A stretch of 56,093 bases of DNA, taken from the IMG/VR virus record IMGVR_UViG_3300021962_000005, positions 1-56,093 of that record. One strand, written 5' to 3'. Within the stretch, counting starts at the first letter, position 1. Each line of letters opens with the position of its first letter. Source of the stretch: a virus (taxonomy: Duplodnaviria; Caudoviricetes). Position numbers and translations under genes: made by a program. Positions 38,622 to 48,416 of this stretch are shown one piece after another. The notes beneath the pieces were generated by a model, which was not told the origin of the DNA, made no database searches, and saw only the letters and a program-made list of their open reading frames with translations.

Positions 38622-41600
38622 CTAATCCTTGCTTGGCTCCGGCAGCGGAGAACCAATTTCTGAAGAACCTTGATCCGACGAAAGCACTGCGCCTGCACCC
38701 AAAGCCGCGGGTAAAAGACTGCGGATCGTCAGCATATCATATACCGGATGCTCTTTACCTTTTGAGTATATCCTTCCAACCTCGTTGCCGGGGTACACAT
38801 TGCCTTGCGTTGTTGGTTTAAGCCGTGGCTCGCTTTTCTGATTGGGATATTTTTCAAGATCAACGCCTTTAGGAAAATCTGCTCCAAGGGCGAAGTAGTG
38901 TTTTTGTCTATTTTCTGCGCTAACTAGGGTGGACACGTTCTCATATCCCTTCGGAACGTCTATCCACTTCCATCCGGTACTTTTCCTGTAAAGATTTGTT
39001 TTTGTTTTTGCGCTCCCCTTACCGGGAGAACCCGTAACTTCTGCCTGAACCGGATCCACCATAAATATAGGTTTTCCATCTGGAGTTACGCCAATGACAG
39101 CGCGAGACGGCTTCATACCAGTCAATATTTCTCCAGTGGCAGGATCAATATATTCTCCTCCCGGCGGCCTTGCTCCTTCAGGAAACATTCTTTCGGGTTT
39201 AGGGAATACTTTTTTCCCGCCTCTAACAAGATTGAGTGCCGCTTCCAGTGCGTCAGAGACAACCTTGCCCCTGCCCGCATAGCCTTCGCGCTCCTCTACC
39301 GGTCCGCCGTGGGCGTAACCGAGCATTGCATCAATTATGTCTTTATGTGTTGTCTTCTCACCAGCGGTCTTATCCCAAATCTCATGATGCGTGAGATGTT
39401 GGCGAAGTGGCTCATACTCCGAAGGCAAACCCAAGTTCATCGCCTTTTGCCGAGCAGCAAGGCGATCTACACCCTCCAATGCCCCAAAAGATTTTTGCCC
39501 CTGAAAAGACCTACCTAAAATTTTTTTAGAGGCTTCTGTCGGCATGCCAGTATGTAAAATGATTTGACGAGCATCTAATGTAGGAAGATCGCCACGACCG
39601 AGCGTTGCTGCATAGAAGCCGGATTTAGCAGGGCCGATGCCGCGCAAATCAGAAGTAAACGCTCTCCATTCGTCTGGAGACGACGCGCCCTGACCGCCAC
39701 GGTAAATCAAATCGTTAGCTTTTTCTGCTCGTCCGGGTAAGTTCCTGACGGCAAAATCCATAGCTTCTGCCTGTCGGTTTTGAAGACCGAACCCACGAAT
39801 TAGATTCATTGCCTGATCAACAGTGTCTTGAGACAGATTACCTTTTACCCCTTCATCAAGAAACTTTTGCCCCGCAGCAGACTTTAGCCATTCTGCCCAC
39901 GCCCCTTCTGGACGAATTTTTGCTTCTGCGTCAGCAAGAGGCAGGCCAGACAGAGAACGGATCTTATTTGTGTCAGAGGCACGGCGCTGGATGCTGGCCA
40001 TTGTAGTCGTATAAGCCTTGAGCAAATCCCGATCTGTTATGTCGCCCTTTCGACCTTTCTCGATCATCTCGCGCATAAAGTCGCCATATTTTAGAACGTG
40101 CGGAGATATTTCAGTAGAACCAACATCTTTTGCGACATCAGAAACCGGACGCCATTGCCAATCCTTGATCTTTGTAGACTCCGGATCTTTGAACGTCTTC
40201 AGGTTATCTAAAATCTTACGCAACGCCTTCGACACGACTGCGCTACCGCCCGCATAGCCGTCGCGCTCTTCTACCGGTCCGCCGTGGGCGAAGCCGTATT
40301 TTTTTATCCGTTCTACAGCATTACCAACGCTGTTTATGAACTCTTCATTTATCGGTTGTGCTTGTTTCTGTTCGGTGAACATTTTTCTTGAGGAACTCCG
40401 ACCACGCGAATCCGGAGACATTGGGTGCATGATCTCGCCAGATTTTGTTCTTCGACCCAGTAGATCAAGCGTCGGTGTCGGCGCTACGTCCTGTGTTGGT
40501 AGTAGGGGAACATCCATAGTGTATCTTCCAGCAGATACACTGGGATAAGTTGGATGTTCAAAAACAAGAGACGGCTTCACTTTACCGGCAGTGTCGAACT
40601 CAACTATTCTTCCTCCAAGAACATTTTGCGGAGATACTTTAAATTCAGGGTCACTTACTGCAGCGCGAGTCACACCTACGTTTGGAAAACCAAGTTTTTG
40701 CCACTCAGTCTTTTCCATTAACTTCATAAGGTCTGCCCTATGAGTAGCGCTCGTAAAAATATTTGCGGCTTTAAGAGCATCTTCTTCTGTTTTTATGTTT
40801 AATATGCCCGGCCAATTTTCTTTCATCAGATTGGCTACTCTTTCTCTATCTTCTACTTTTTGAACGAATGTTCCTTTCTTTACAGCAGCATCAAAAGCCT
40901 TTGCAGCTTTCTTTGTTATTTTAGACCCCGGTATCTGAGACATCATAGCATTAAAAAAATCGACGGAGCTATCGACCGCCGTTGGACCCATCGGGGAATA
41001 CACACCAAAAACTGGCCCTCGTTCACTAAGAGCCGCTATTTTGTTTTCAAACGAAGTCGTGTGACTGGGGGCGTTTGCCCACACTGCTCCGGGGTTACCC
41101 TCCAACATATATTTTGGGCCACCATGTAATTTAACCGCCCACGCGGTTGGCTGCCCATTTATAGAAGTTAAAACTCCCTGATTTAAACGGTCACCGCCAA
41201 CATTTAGAAATGATCCGCCTTTACCAACGTTGTAGAAATCTTCCCAGCTACCTTGTTTTGGACGATGAGGTACTATGCCGGGAAGAGGAGATATGTCTGC
41301 AGTCACATCTGAAACAGCCATTGGAGGCTTTGTCTTAAAGTATGTTCCACTGCCAAACTCAGAACCGCTTGGCACCTTGTAAGTTTCTAAGATACGAAGA
41401 GCCTCTTTTACAATTTCTGGGTCAGAGGATAACGGGCTTAGAAGTTTATTCCGAGCAGATATTTGGGCAGCAACTTTTGCAAGATCCGCTTCTGACGGAG
41501 CGACGGCATTATAGGTCTGAGACCCCAACCCACTATTGTGCCCTATAACCGCAGAAGCTATCTTTTTCGCTATATCTAATTTTCCTGCTTCAGCATCATC

Positions 41601-43052
41601 GGGAGACATCACTGCTGCGCCCGTTGCGCCAGCGGCGGCGGCCTTCCCTGCAGGTGACGCAAGCACGTCGCGTGCTGTACGAAGGGCCGCGCCAATTGGT
41701 TTGCGAGCAGCCGCGGCAAAAGGAATGCCAAGGGTCGCGGCGTTAATAGCGGCCTCCCCTGTATTACCCTTGCGATATGCTTGTGCAGCGTCAATCACTG
41801 TAGGAAGAGCGAGAACGTCTGTAAGGCCAACACCATACGTCGGGCCAAATAGAGCTTCACCGGCACGCCTACGAAGCTCTGATCCGTAAGACGGGCCGCC
41901 TTCGCCCGCAATGACCGCCGCGGCTTTTGCCCTCCAATCATCTCTTGGACGAACAGTCGCCTCGCCCGGACGCACCGGGAAGTTGCGATAGTTCTGCAGC
42001 GCCCGCTGCCAGCCCTCGCCGTCAGCCTTAACCTCTTCGCCTTCACGCGGCTGGATGCTTGCTACGGACTGCCGCATTCTGGCGCGGTCACTCATTCCGC
42101 CATCGGCCATGACCTGACGGCCAACCTCCGGCATATACTCTGTCGGGTATTCGTCCTGCAGCAGGACAGGGCCGCCGTCTGCAAAGCCGTCGAGATCCTC
42201 GACCAGCTCCGGCTCGACGTAGTCGTACTCGTCGTCGTAGATCATCTCCGGCTCGATGTAATCGTACTCGCCTTCGACTTCTCCGCCGCCCGCAAAGCCG
42301 GGGTTCACGAAGTCTGCAACCTCGTTCAGCAGGCCACTGACAATGCCGCCATTGGAGTAGCCCTCATCTGCGGGCTCCGGCGGCGTCTCAGGCTCAACGT
42401 AGGGGCGCAGCTCCTGCAGCGCCTTGTCGGCACGGAAAAAATCTGCGGCGTTGTCCGGGTCGCCCCAGTTGATGACGCCGTTCTGGACAACAGGCTCGCC
42501 TGAAGACTGGTAGTCTTCTCCGCTCAGGACAGCGTTGGCGATGGCCTTGGCGGTCGCCGCTGGGCTTGTAACGGCCTTGTAGACCTGCTGCGGAATGCCT
42601 TTGGCGGTGGCAATGGCGCGATCTACAACGTTCTGCGGGGTATTGGGCTCAAGCCTGTCTGCGTATGCAAAAGACGGAAGCGTCGGGCTATTCTTGTCGC
42701 CAATGTTGAATGGCGCGACCGCCAATCCTCTGTTGGCAACCCACGAAGGCAATTGCGCCCGGGGCCGAGTGTTTCCCATTTCGGGAACTGGTTTGTAAAT
42801 ATTTCCAGCCCGCAGAGTGCTTTTTACTTTCGGCCCGTACTCTTCGTCCACGACCGGCTCATACGAGGGCCTCACCGTCAGTGGACGAGCCTCTGCGGCA
42901 ATCTCTGCCGCTCGGCGCACCGCCTGCTCCTGCGCACGCTGCATCTGGCGAATGCGCATCGCACCCTGCTCAAAGCGGCCACCGCTTTCAGGAGCGTAAG
43001 ACTGGCCATATGGGACGAGACGGCGGCGGCTGAAGAGGGTGTAATCGTCCAT
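38622..43052 (-). CDS. Large multi-module protein (1476 aa) adjacent to portal
   Basis: Modules separated by GFADGG/GFAHGG/GYAHGG linkers; one module has an HhH motif. Confidence 0.8.
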   Translation of the reverse strand: MDDYTLFSRRRLVPYGQSYAPESGGRFEQGAMRIRQMQRAQEQAVRRAAEIAAEARPLTVRPSYEPVVDEEYGPKVKSTLRAGNIYKPVPEMGNTRPRAQLPSWVANRGLAVAPFNIGDKNSPTLPSFAYADRLEPNTPQNVVDRAIATAKGIPQQVYKAVTSPAATAKAIANAVLSGEDYQSSGEPVVQNGVINWGDPDNAADFFRADKALQELRPYVEPETPPEPADEGYSNGGIVSGLLNEVADFVNPGFAGGGEVEGEYDYIEPEMIYDDEYDYVEPELVEDLDGFADGGPVLLQDEYPTEYMPEVGRQVMADGGMSDRARMRQSVASIQPREGEEVKADGEGWQRALQNYRNFPVRPGEATVRPRDDWRAKAAAVIAGEGGPSYGSELRRRAGEALFGPTYGVGLTDVLALPTVIDAAQAYRKGNTGEAAINAATLGIPFAAAARKPIGAALRTARDVLASPAGKAAAAGATGAAVMSPDDAEAGKLDIAKKIASAVIGHNSGLGSQTYNAVAPSEADLAKVAAQISARNKLLSPLSSDPEIVKEALRILETYKVPSGSEFGSGTYFKTKPPMAVSDVTADISPLPGIVPHRPKQGSWEDFYNVGKGGSFLNVGGDRLNQGVLTSINGQPTAWAVKLHGGPKYMLEGNPGAVWANAPSHTTSFENKIAALSERGPVFGVYSPMGPTAVDSSVDFFNAMMSQIPGSKITKKAAKAFDAAVKKGTFVQKVEDRERVANLMKENWPGILNIKTEEDALKAANIFTSATHRADLMKLMEKTEWQKLGFPNVGVTRAAVSDPEFKVSPQNVLGGRIVEFDTAGKVKPSLVFEHPTYPSVSAGRYTMDVPLLPTQDVAPTPTLDLLGRRTKSGEIMHPMSPDSRGRSSSRKMFTEQKQAQPINEEFINSVGNAVERIKKYGFAHGGPVEERDGYAGGSAVVSKALRKILDNLKTFKDPESTKIKDWQWRPVSDVAKDVGSTEISPHVLKYGDFMREMIEKGRKGDITDRDLLKAYTTTMASIQRRASDTNKIRSLSGLPLADAEAKIRPEGAWAEWLKSAAGQKFLDEGVKGNLSQDTVDQAMNLIRGFGLQNRQAEAMDFAVRNLPGRAEKANDLIYRGGQGASSPDEWRAFTSDLRGIGPAKSGFYAATLGRGDLPTLDARQIILHTGMPTEASKKILGRSFQGQKSFGALEGVDRLAARQKAMNLGLPSEYEPLRQHLTHHEIWDKTAGEKTTHKDIIDAMLGYAHGGPVEEREGYAGRGKVVSDALEAALNLVRGGKKVFPKPERMFPEGARPPGGEYIDPATGEILTGMKPSRAVIGVTPDGKPIFMVDPVQAEVTGSPGKGSAKTKTNLYRKSTGWKWIDVPKGYENVSTLVSAENRQKHYFALGADFPKGVDLEKYPNQKSEPRLKPTTQGNVYPGNEVGRIYSKGKEHPVYDMLTIRSLLPAALGAGAVLSSDQGSSEIGSPLPEPSKD
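39274..40296. repeat. 48-bp direct repeats (39274-39321 and 40249-40296) encoding the G[FY]AHGGPVEER[DE]GYAG linker
   Basis: 44 of 48 positions identical by manual alignment. Confidence 0.9.
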
Positions 43053-43055
43053 TCC

Positions 43056-45500
43056 CTACTGCTCCTGTTCAGGTGGCAGCAGCGGTCCAAGACCCTCCTG
43101 CACCTGTGGCACTTCCCCCTCCCCGGTTAGTGGCGCTTCGTTTGCTTCGAGCCGCTGGATCATGCCCGGCTCCAAGACGCTTTCGATCACCGGCATGCCC
43201 GCCGGGTTCTTGGCGATGTCCTCCGCCAGCCTGACGGCGGCGAGGCGCTCGCGGCTTTCGCGGTCGCGCTTGCGGTTGATGGCGTCGAGCTGCATGTCCT
43301 GCTGCTTGATGTCCATCTCCTGCTGACGGAGCTGCATGTCCATCATCTTCAGCGGGTCCATCTCCTGCCCCGGCTGCTGCGCACCGAGCTGGGCGGCCTC
43401 GGCCCCCGTCTTCTGCGCCTGAGCCTGAATGTTGGCAATCTCGGCCTGCGTCTTTGCAGCCTCCAACTGCTGCATCATCGGATCCTGCGGCTGGCCCTGA
43501 CCCTTCTGCGCGGCATTGGCCTGCGCCGTGAGCATTTTGGCGTCGGCTTCCTTCTGCTTGATCTCCAGCATCTTCTGGATCGCCTGCTGCTCCGGCGGCG
43601 GCTTGGCGGCCAGTGCGCCCGGAGGCACCATGAACTGCTGCGGATTGCTCCAGCCCATCGCCTGCAGGGCGGCAGTGTCGATGGCAATCGGATCATACAG
43701 GCTCGGATTAGCAGCCTGAAGCTGCTTCAGGCCCATGATCTTCATCATGCGCTGCGCGTGGCTGGCCGTGTTCGGATCCGCCTGCGGGACCAGATCGCAG
43801 TCGTCCAGCGCCTTCAAGAACGTCTGCTCGTCCCACTGGTTCGTCATGGCGTCCTGCTTCTGCCAGAAGCTCTCGGGATTTTCCTTGAACGTCCGGACCA
43901 GCAGGGAGAACTCCTCGGCCTGCGCCGTGTGCATGCGCTTGTGGACGCTGTTCAAGACCTTAGTGGCCTGATCAATCATCGCCAGCGTTGTGCCGACCGG
44001 GGCGTCTGCACGGCCCTCTCCGACCTGCTGCTCGCTCGTTCCGCCGATGCGCATGCCGGTCTCGGCCATGTTGTTGACCAAGTTCATCAGCGCAGCGCCG
44101 GGCTCCTTGTAGGGTAGCGGCATGACAGCCTGATTGATCGGCATGCCGCCGGTCTTGATCAGAGCGCCACCGCCGGGCGGCACGCGGAAGATGTTTGTGT
44201 TCTGCCGTGCGCCGGTGTCGGCGTACAGGAAGCCGGGGAAGTTGGCGTACATACCCGCGTCCAGCATCTCACGCCAAGCAGCAGTAATGGCATTGGTCGT
44301 GTTGCCGAGGATATGCAGCAGCCCGATGTCGTAAAACCCAAGGCCGGGGACAAACGTGTACTTGACGAAGTTTTGCCTCGCCTCCGGCAGTTCGGCCTCG
44401 TCCATGTCGTAATTGCGAACAATCGACAAAATCTCGCGGGTCGAGACGTCAATGGTGACGCGATACGGAACCTCTAAGCCACTGATCTTGCCCTTGTATT
44501 TGTGCTCGAAGCCGAGGATGTCCAGCTCGCAGTAACACTCATATATTTCCCGGTCGCGGTCTTCTGGGCGGAACACGCCCTCAGATATTCCTTCTACCGA
44601 GCGCTTTTCCCGCTGCGCGGCATCGAGCTGCGCCTCCTTCGGAGCCGACAGATCAGTGTCGCGGTAGACGCCGAGAATTTGCAGGCGGCGGACGGTCGAT
44701 GAACGCATCATTACGCGATGCGTAATTCTCTTGGCGTTCCGCAGGTCGGTCGCAGCGTTGTTGACGATCAGGTCTTCAGCATCGACGCTCTCGCTGACCG
44801 GGCGGCCACGCAGGGGGCAGAAGTAGACCTTCTTGAAGGCCGTCCCGCCGAAGCCGAGCATCAGCAGCATGCGGTCGGTGTCGGGGTAGTATTCGGCCGC
44901 GGTGCTGGTCAGGTAGTGGTTCAGATCGCGTTCCAGCGCATTGGCGAGCTGGTCTTCCTGCAGCGTCGGTGTATTGTCGTCGTTGCGGATCTTGACCGGC
45001 CCGTCGGTCGGCAGCAGCTCGCTGCGGGCATTGGCCTGAAAACGCAGCACGGCCTCCAGCAGCAGCGGGTGGCGGACTTGGCTCATGCCCTCGACCGGTG
45101 CGCCCTCAGACGCGCCCTGCAGGTTCGGCACCTCCAGCTTCAGGCCGAGCAGCTTGATGCCGGTCGCCCGGTTCTCGACCCACTCTTTGCGGCTGTCGAT
45201 GTCATCGTCAATGCCTCGCAGCAGATCGTCGGCAATGCGGCCCAGTTCGGTCTGCGGGATGTCTTCCACCAGATTATCGAACCACTGCTCCTGCCGCCGC
45301 TCTTTGCGGTCAATGGGCTGTCCGTCAAGCGAGACAGTCACCGAACCGTCGTCGTGCTCGATGCGGAGGATCTCGCCATCAGAATTGATCTCAGGAACGT
45401 CTTCGCCGGCCTCGATGATCACGTCAGGCATGTCGGCCATATTCGGCTCGGGGAGCCCCGGCAGGCGAATGGACGGGTTTACGAGGCCCGGTGTCGGCAT
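43056..45500 (-). CDS. Portal protein
   Basis: HPLLLEAVLRFQANARSELLP..GPVK; G.AFKKVY; PGLGFYDIGL; follows TerL. Confidence 0.9.
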   Translation of the reverse strand: MPTPGLVNPSIRLPGLPEPNMADMPDVIIEAGEDVPEINSDGEILRIEHDDGSVTVSLDGQPIDRKERRQEQWFDNLVEDIPQTELGRIADDLLRGIDDDIDSRKEWVENRATGIKLLGLKLEVPNLQGASEGAPVEGMSQVRHPLLLEAVLRFQANARSELLPTDGPVKIRNDDNTPTLQEDQLANALERDLNHYLTSTAAEYYPDTDRMLLMLGFGGTAFKKVYFCPLRGRPVSESVDAEDLIVNNAATDLRNAKRITHRVMMRSSTVRRLQILGVYRDTDLSAPKEAQLDAAQREKRSVEGISEGVFRPEDRDREIYECYCELDILGFEHKYKGKISGLEVPYRVTIDVSTREILSIVRNYDMDEAELPEARQNFVKYTFVPGLGFYDIGLLHILGNTTNAITAAWREMLDAGMYANFPGFLYADTGARQNTNIFRVPPGGGALIKTGGMPINQAVMPLPYKEPGAALMNLVNNMAETGMRIGGTSEQQVGEGRADAPVGTTLAMIDQATKVLNSVHKRMHTAQAEEFSLLVRTFKENPESFWQKQDAMTNQWDEQTFLKALDDCDLVPQADPNTASHAQRMMKIMGLKQLQAANPSLYDPIAIDTAALQAMGWSNPQQFMVPPGALAAKPPPEQQAIQKMLEIKQKEADAKMLTAQANAAQKGQGQPQDPMMQQLEAAKTQAEIANIQAQAQKTGAEAAQLGAQQPGQEMDPLKMMDMQLRQQEMDIKQQDMQLDAINRKRDRESRERLAAVRLAEDIAKNPAGMPVIESVLEPGMIQRLEANEAPLTGEGEVPQVQEGLGPLLPPEQEQ

Positions 45501-45502
45501 AA

Positions 45503-45727
45503 TCAGTTCCCTGCGTTCTGCTCGGCCAGCATGGCCCCAATCTCTTTAACAAAGCGTTGTATGCCCTGCTGTGCGGCGATTGTATCATTCTTGGCCGAGA
45601 TTTCATAGATGCGGACATAGTCGTGCGGCTGGCGGCCCCAGACCTCCACTTTGAAGGCCCCGAGCGTCCGCGGAGTGGCGGGGCGAATAACGTCTACGAC
45701 GGCGCTTGCGCCAATAAACTCAGTCAT
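45503..45727 (-). CDS. Hypothetical protein
   Basis: 74 aa between TerL and portal; GAGG RBS. Confidence 0.65.
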   Translation of the reverse strand: MTEFIGASAVVDVIRPATPRTLGAFKVEVWGRQPHDYVRIYEISAKNDTIAAQQGIQRFVKEIGAMLAEQNAGN

Positions 45728-45735
45728 TTCAAACC

Positions 45736-47451
45736 TCAGACAGGATAAAGCGGCGCGGGTGCCTTGCCGCGCTGGCGTCGGCCAGCGTCAATCTCAGCTA
45801 TACGCTCGGGAGCCCTGACGAGCAAGCCTGTCTCGCGCATATGGCGCAGAGCCTGACTGACCGTATCGACCAAGTCGTCGTGCTTACCTTTCGGAAAGAC
45901 CTCGCACTGGCGGATGACCATGTCGGCCCAGCTCCGGTCCGGCGCGTGGATCATGCCCTCAGAGAACAAATGCTGAACGCTGTACAGGCGGGCGAGCTTG
46001 TCGATGCTGCCCGGATTGATGAGCTGCACGGCCCAGTCCTCGTGCCCGTAGAGGCGGCGCAACTCCTGCGCGACGCTCAGGCCCGACGCCTTCCCTTCGA
46101 CCAGCAGCTTGTCGACCTTCATGGCCCGGCAGGTCTTGGCAATCTTTGCCACAAGATCGGCCAGCTCCAGCCTCTCCTGCCACGCCTGCATCAGCATGAC
46201 GCGAGGCGTCGACTGTGGATCGTCCGGCAGCAGATGTTTGATCCGCAAGCCCTCGTCGAAGCGGCTGGCCTCGCGCATACGGCTGCGCCGGTTGCCGTCT
46301 CGGTCCGACCAATTGTCGGCTGTGGCGCTGTCGAGATCCCCGGAGAAGACGCCCCAGACGGTCATTGCGCTGTAGTCGTTCTCGGTCTTGGTCGTGTAGG
46401 CTGTGTCGATGCTGGCCACGACGTAGTCCATCGGCGGGTATGCGTCGCGGGGCCAGAGCGACCACCAGTCGGCCTTGATCACGCCGCCGCCGCGAGGCGC
46501 AGGCTCCTGCTGGAACTGCCCAGCGGTCGCGTATGGCCCCATCACGCGCTTGTCGCGCTCGACGACGTCCGCTGGGAACCTCTGCGGGAACAGCAGCTCT
46601 CCGTCGGTCTGCCGAGGATCCTCCAGCCCGAGGCGCGTAGGCATTGCCCGGCGCGGGTCGTACTCCATTGGCAGCATGACGTGATCGTAGCCGAGCTGAC
46701 GGTCGAGGATCACGCCGCTGACGTCGTCCTCGTGCAGCCTCTGCATGACGATGACGATGGCGCTGCGGTCAGGGTTGTTGAGGCGGGTTGGCACAGCCTC
46801 CTGAAACCAGAGCGTTGCGCTCTCGCGCTGCTGGTCGCTGTTCGCGCCGTCGACGCTGTGCGGGTCGTCGATGATAACCCGGTCGCCGCGGGAGCCGGTG
46901 ATCGAGCCTGCGGCAGCCGCCTGCCGAAAGCCGGTTGCGCTGTTTTCAAACTTGGTCTTCTGGTTCTGGTCGCCGGTCAACTCGACGCGGTCGCCCCAAC
47001 GCTCATGATACCACTCAGACGTGATCAGGCGGCGCATGCGCAGCCCGTCGCGGATGGCGAGGTCGAGGCTATGCGAGGCGCAGACGTAGCGCATGTGCGC
47101 CATGTCCTTCGGCCCCCACTCCCAAGCCGGCCAGAACACGCCGACAAGCAGCGACTTCATGGTGCCGGGCGGCACGTTGATCAGCAGGCGGTTGTACGCC
47201 GTGCCGTCGTCCAGCTCGATGCCGTCGGTGATCGCCTCCAGATGAGCGCACAGAAAGTCAATGTGCCAGCCGTGGACGTATGGCTGGCCCGGCTCGATGA
47301 TGTGCCACGCCTGCCGCACGAAAGTGGCGAGATCCTCCTCGCATTCGGCTCTGCTGATCGCTCGCAGCGTTCCGGCAACGTCGACTCGCTGCGAGCCTAT
47401 GATTGCGACATTTTGCACTTCCGGCCCCAGTCCCTGCGCAGTTTGCCCCAC
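45736..47451 (-). CDS. terL: Terminase large subunit
   Basis: NVPPGTMKS Walker A, IIDDPH Walker B, MQRLHEDD, SIDTA, KHDDLVD. Confidence 0.95.
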   Translation of the reverse strand: MGQTAQGLGPEVQNVAIIGSQRVDVAGTLRAISRAECEEDLATFVRQAWHIIEPGQPYVHGWHIDFLCAHLEAITDGIELDDGTAYNRLLINVPPGTMKSLLVGVFWPAWEWGPKDMAHMRYVCASHSLDLAIRDGLRMRRLITSEWYHERWGDRVELTGDQNQKTKFENSATGFRQAAAAGSITGSRGDRVIIDDPHSVDGANSDQQRESATLWFQEAVPTRLNNPDRSAIVIVMQRLHEDDVSGVILDRQLGYDHVMLPMEYDPRRAMPTRLGLEDPRQTDGELLFPQRFPADVVERDKRVMGPYATAGQFQQEPAPRGGGVIKADWWSLWPRDAYPPMDYVVASIDTAYTTKTENDYSAMTVWGVFSGDLDSATADNWSDRDGNRRSRMREASRFDEGLRIKHLLPDDPQSTPRVMLMQAWQERLELADLVAKIAKTCRAMKVDKLLVEGKASGLSVAQELRRLYGHEDWAVQLINPGSIDKLARLYSVQHLFSEGMIHAPDRSWADMVIRQCEVFPKGKHDDLVDTVSQALRHMRETGLLVRAPERIAEIDAGRRQRGKAPAPLYPV

Positions 47452-47672
47452 GGAGCCGTCGTCTCAGCCAGCCGCAGATATTCCTCGTCCGCTACAGGAT
47501 CATACCACTTTTCCAGCGACATAGCGATTGCGTGCTCGTCACTGGTCGAATAGATCAGGTCGCCGTCCGGGTGCTCATAACAGTACCCCAGCTCTTCCTC
47601 GTCCAGCTCAGACCGCCGCAGCCAACCGAACTGCCAGTGCCAGCCCCGGTCGCGATATTCGTGTTTTGTCAT
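47397..47672 (-). CDS. Hypothetical protein
   Basis: 91 aa; GGAGG RBS; ATGA-coupled to the upstream gene. Confidence 0.6.
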   Translation of the reverse strand: MTKHEYRDRGWHWQFGWLRRSELDEEELGYCYEHPDGDLIYSTSDEHAIAMSLEKWYDPVADEEYLRLAETTAPWGKLRRDWGRKCKMSQS

Positions 47673-47932
47673 GACCAGCGGCCTCCTGAATAGAGCAGAT
47701 CAAGTCCGTGCATCAAGCACTCGTGCTTGCGTATCTCAGCACGGGATATGTTTTCCTTTCGGATCGGATCCCTGTGCGCAATGTAAATATGGATGAGAGC
47801 CGTCTTCACGTCCAGCTCTAACTCATCGGCGACCTTTTTCAGCGTGCTAGGCCCTTGATATTTGCGCATTAACGTGTCGCGCTGGTCACTCGTTATCGTC
47901 GGTATCTTGAGGTAGTGCAGCATATGTTCCAT
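47669..47932 (-). CDS. Hypothetical protein, possible HTH
   Basis: 87 aa; TLKKVADELELDVKT. Confidence 0.55.
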   Translation of the reverse strand: MEHMLHYLKIPTITSDQRDTLMRKYQGPSTLKKVADELELDVKTALIHIYIAHRDPIRKENISRAEIRKHECLMHGLDLLYSGGRWS

Positions 47933-48416
47933 CCTGCTGCTGCGTCATCAGCAGTACTCTCTTTAGTGCGTCACGGTCTTCGACCGCCAATTGATCGACG
48001 TCAATCGTGACCGGCTTCAGCTCAATCGGCCCGCCGCCCGGCCCGCTGACTTCATGGCGAGACACGTCGCCATAAATTCGCGGCGCGATTTTCATCACGC
48101 GCCACTGATAATGGTTCAACTTAACCCGAGTTGAGTTAACATTGTCCTCGGTGCAGGCATCTGCGAGCCTTTTAAGCTCGTGCATTTCATGATCCGCCAG
48201 CGCCTCGCGTGCGCGTGCGCATTGAAAATCAAATTCCGGATGCGCCAATCGCCAACGATAAATGCTTGAATACGAAGGCATATCAGCATCACTGCAGACA
48301 TCATTCAGGTCTCTGCCAGTTATCACGCGCTCGCAGAACTCAGCCGCAACGTCCGGCGAATACTTTGTCGGACGCCCAGCAGGCTTGTGAGGTACTCCGG
48401 GTTTAACCCGTGGCAT
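47886..48416 (-). CDS. terS: Terminase small subunit (Sf6 gp1-like)
   Basis: GRPTKYSP..CERV..G..L..VC...MPSYSSIYRW...F...ARAR; APRIYGD. Confidence 0.88.
   Translation of the reverse strand: MPRVKPGVPHKPAGRPTKYSPDVAAEFCERVITGRDLNDVCSDADMPSYSSIYRWRLAHPEFDFQCARAREALADHEMHELKRLADACTEDNVNSTRVKLNHYQWRVMKIAPRIYGDVSRHEVSGPGGGPIELKPVTIDVDQLAVEDRDALKRVLLMTQQQDGTYAALPQDTDDNE

Noticed and set aside
45841-47553. 570-aa plus-strand ORF
   Set aside because: Antisense shadow of the GC-rich terL gene with no recognisable motifs; the same applies to 37647-38663, 44718-45608 and 28665-29558
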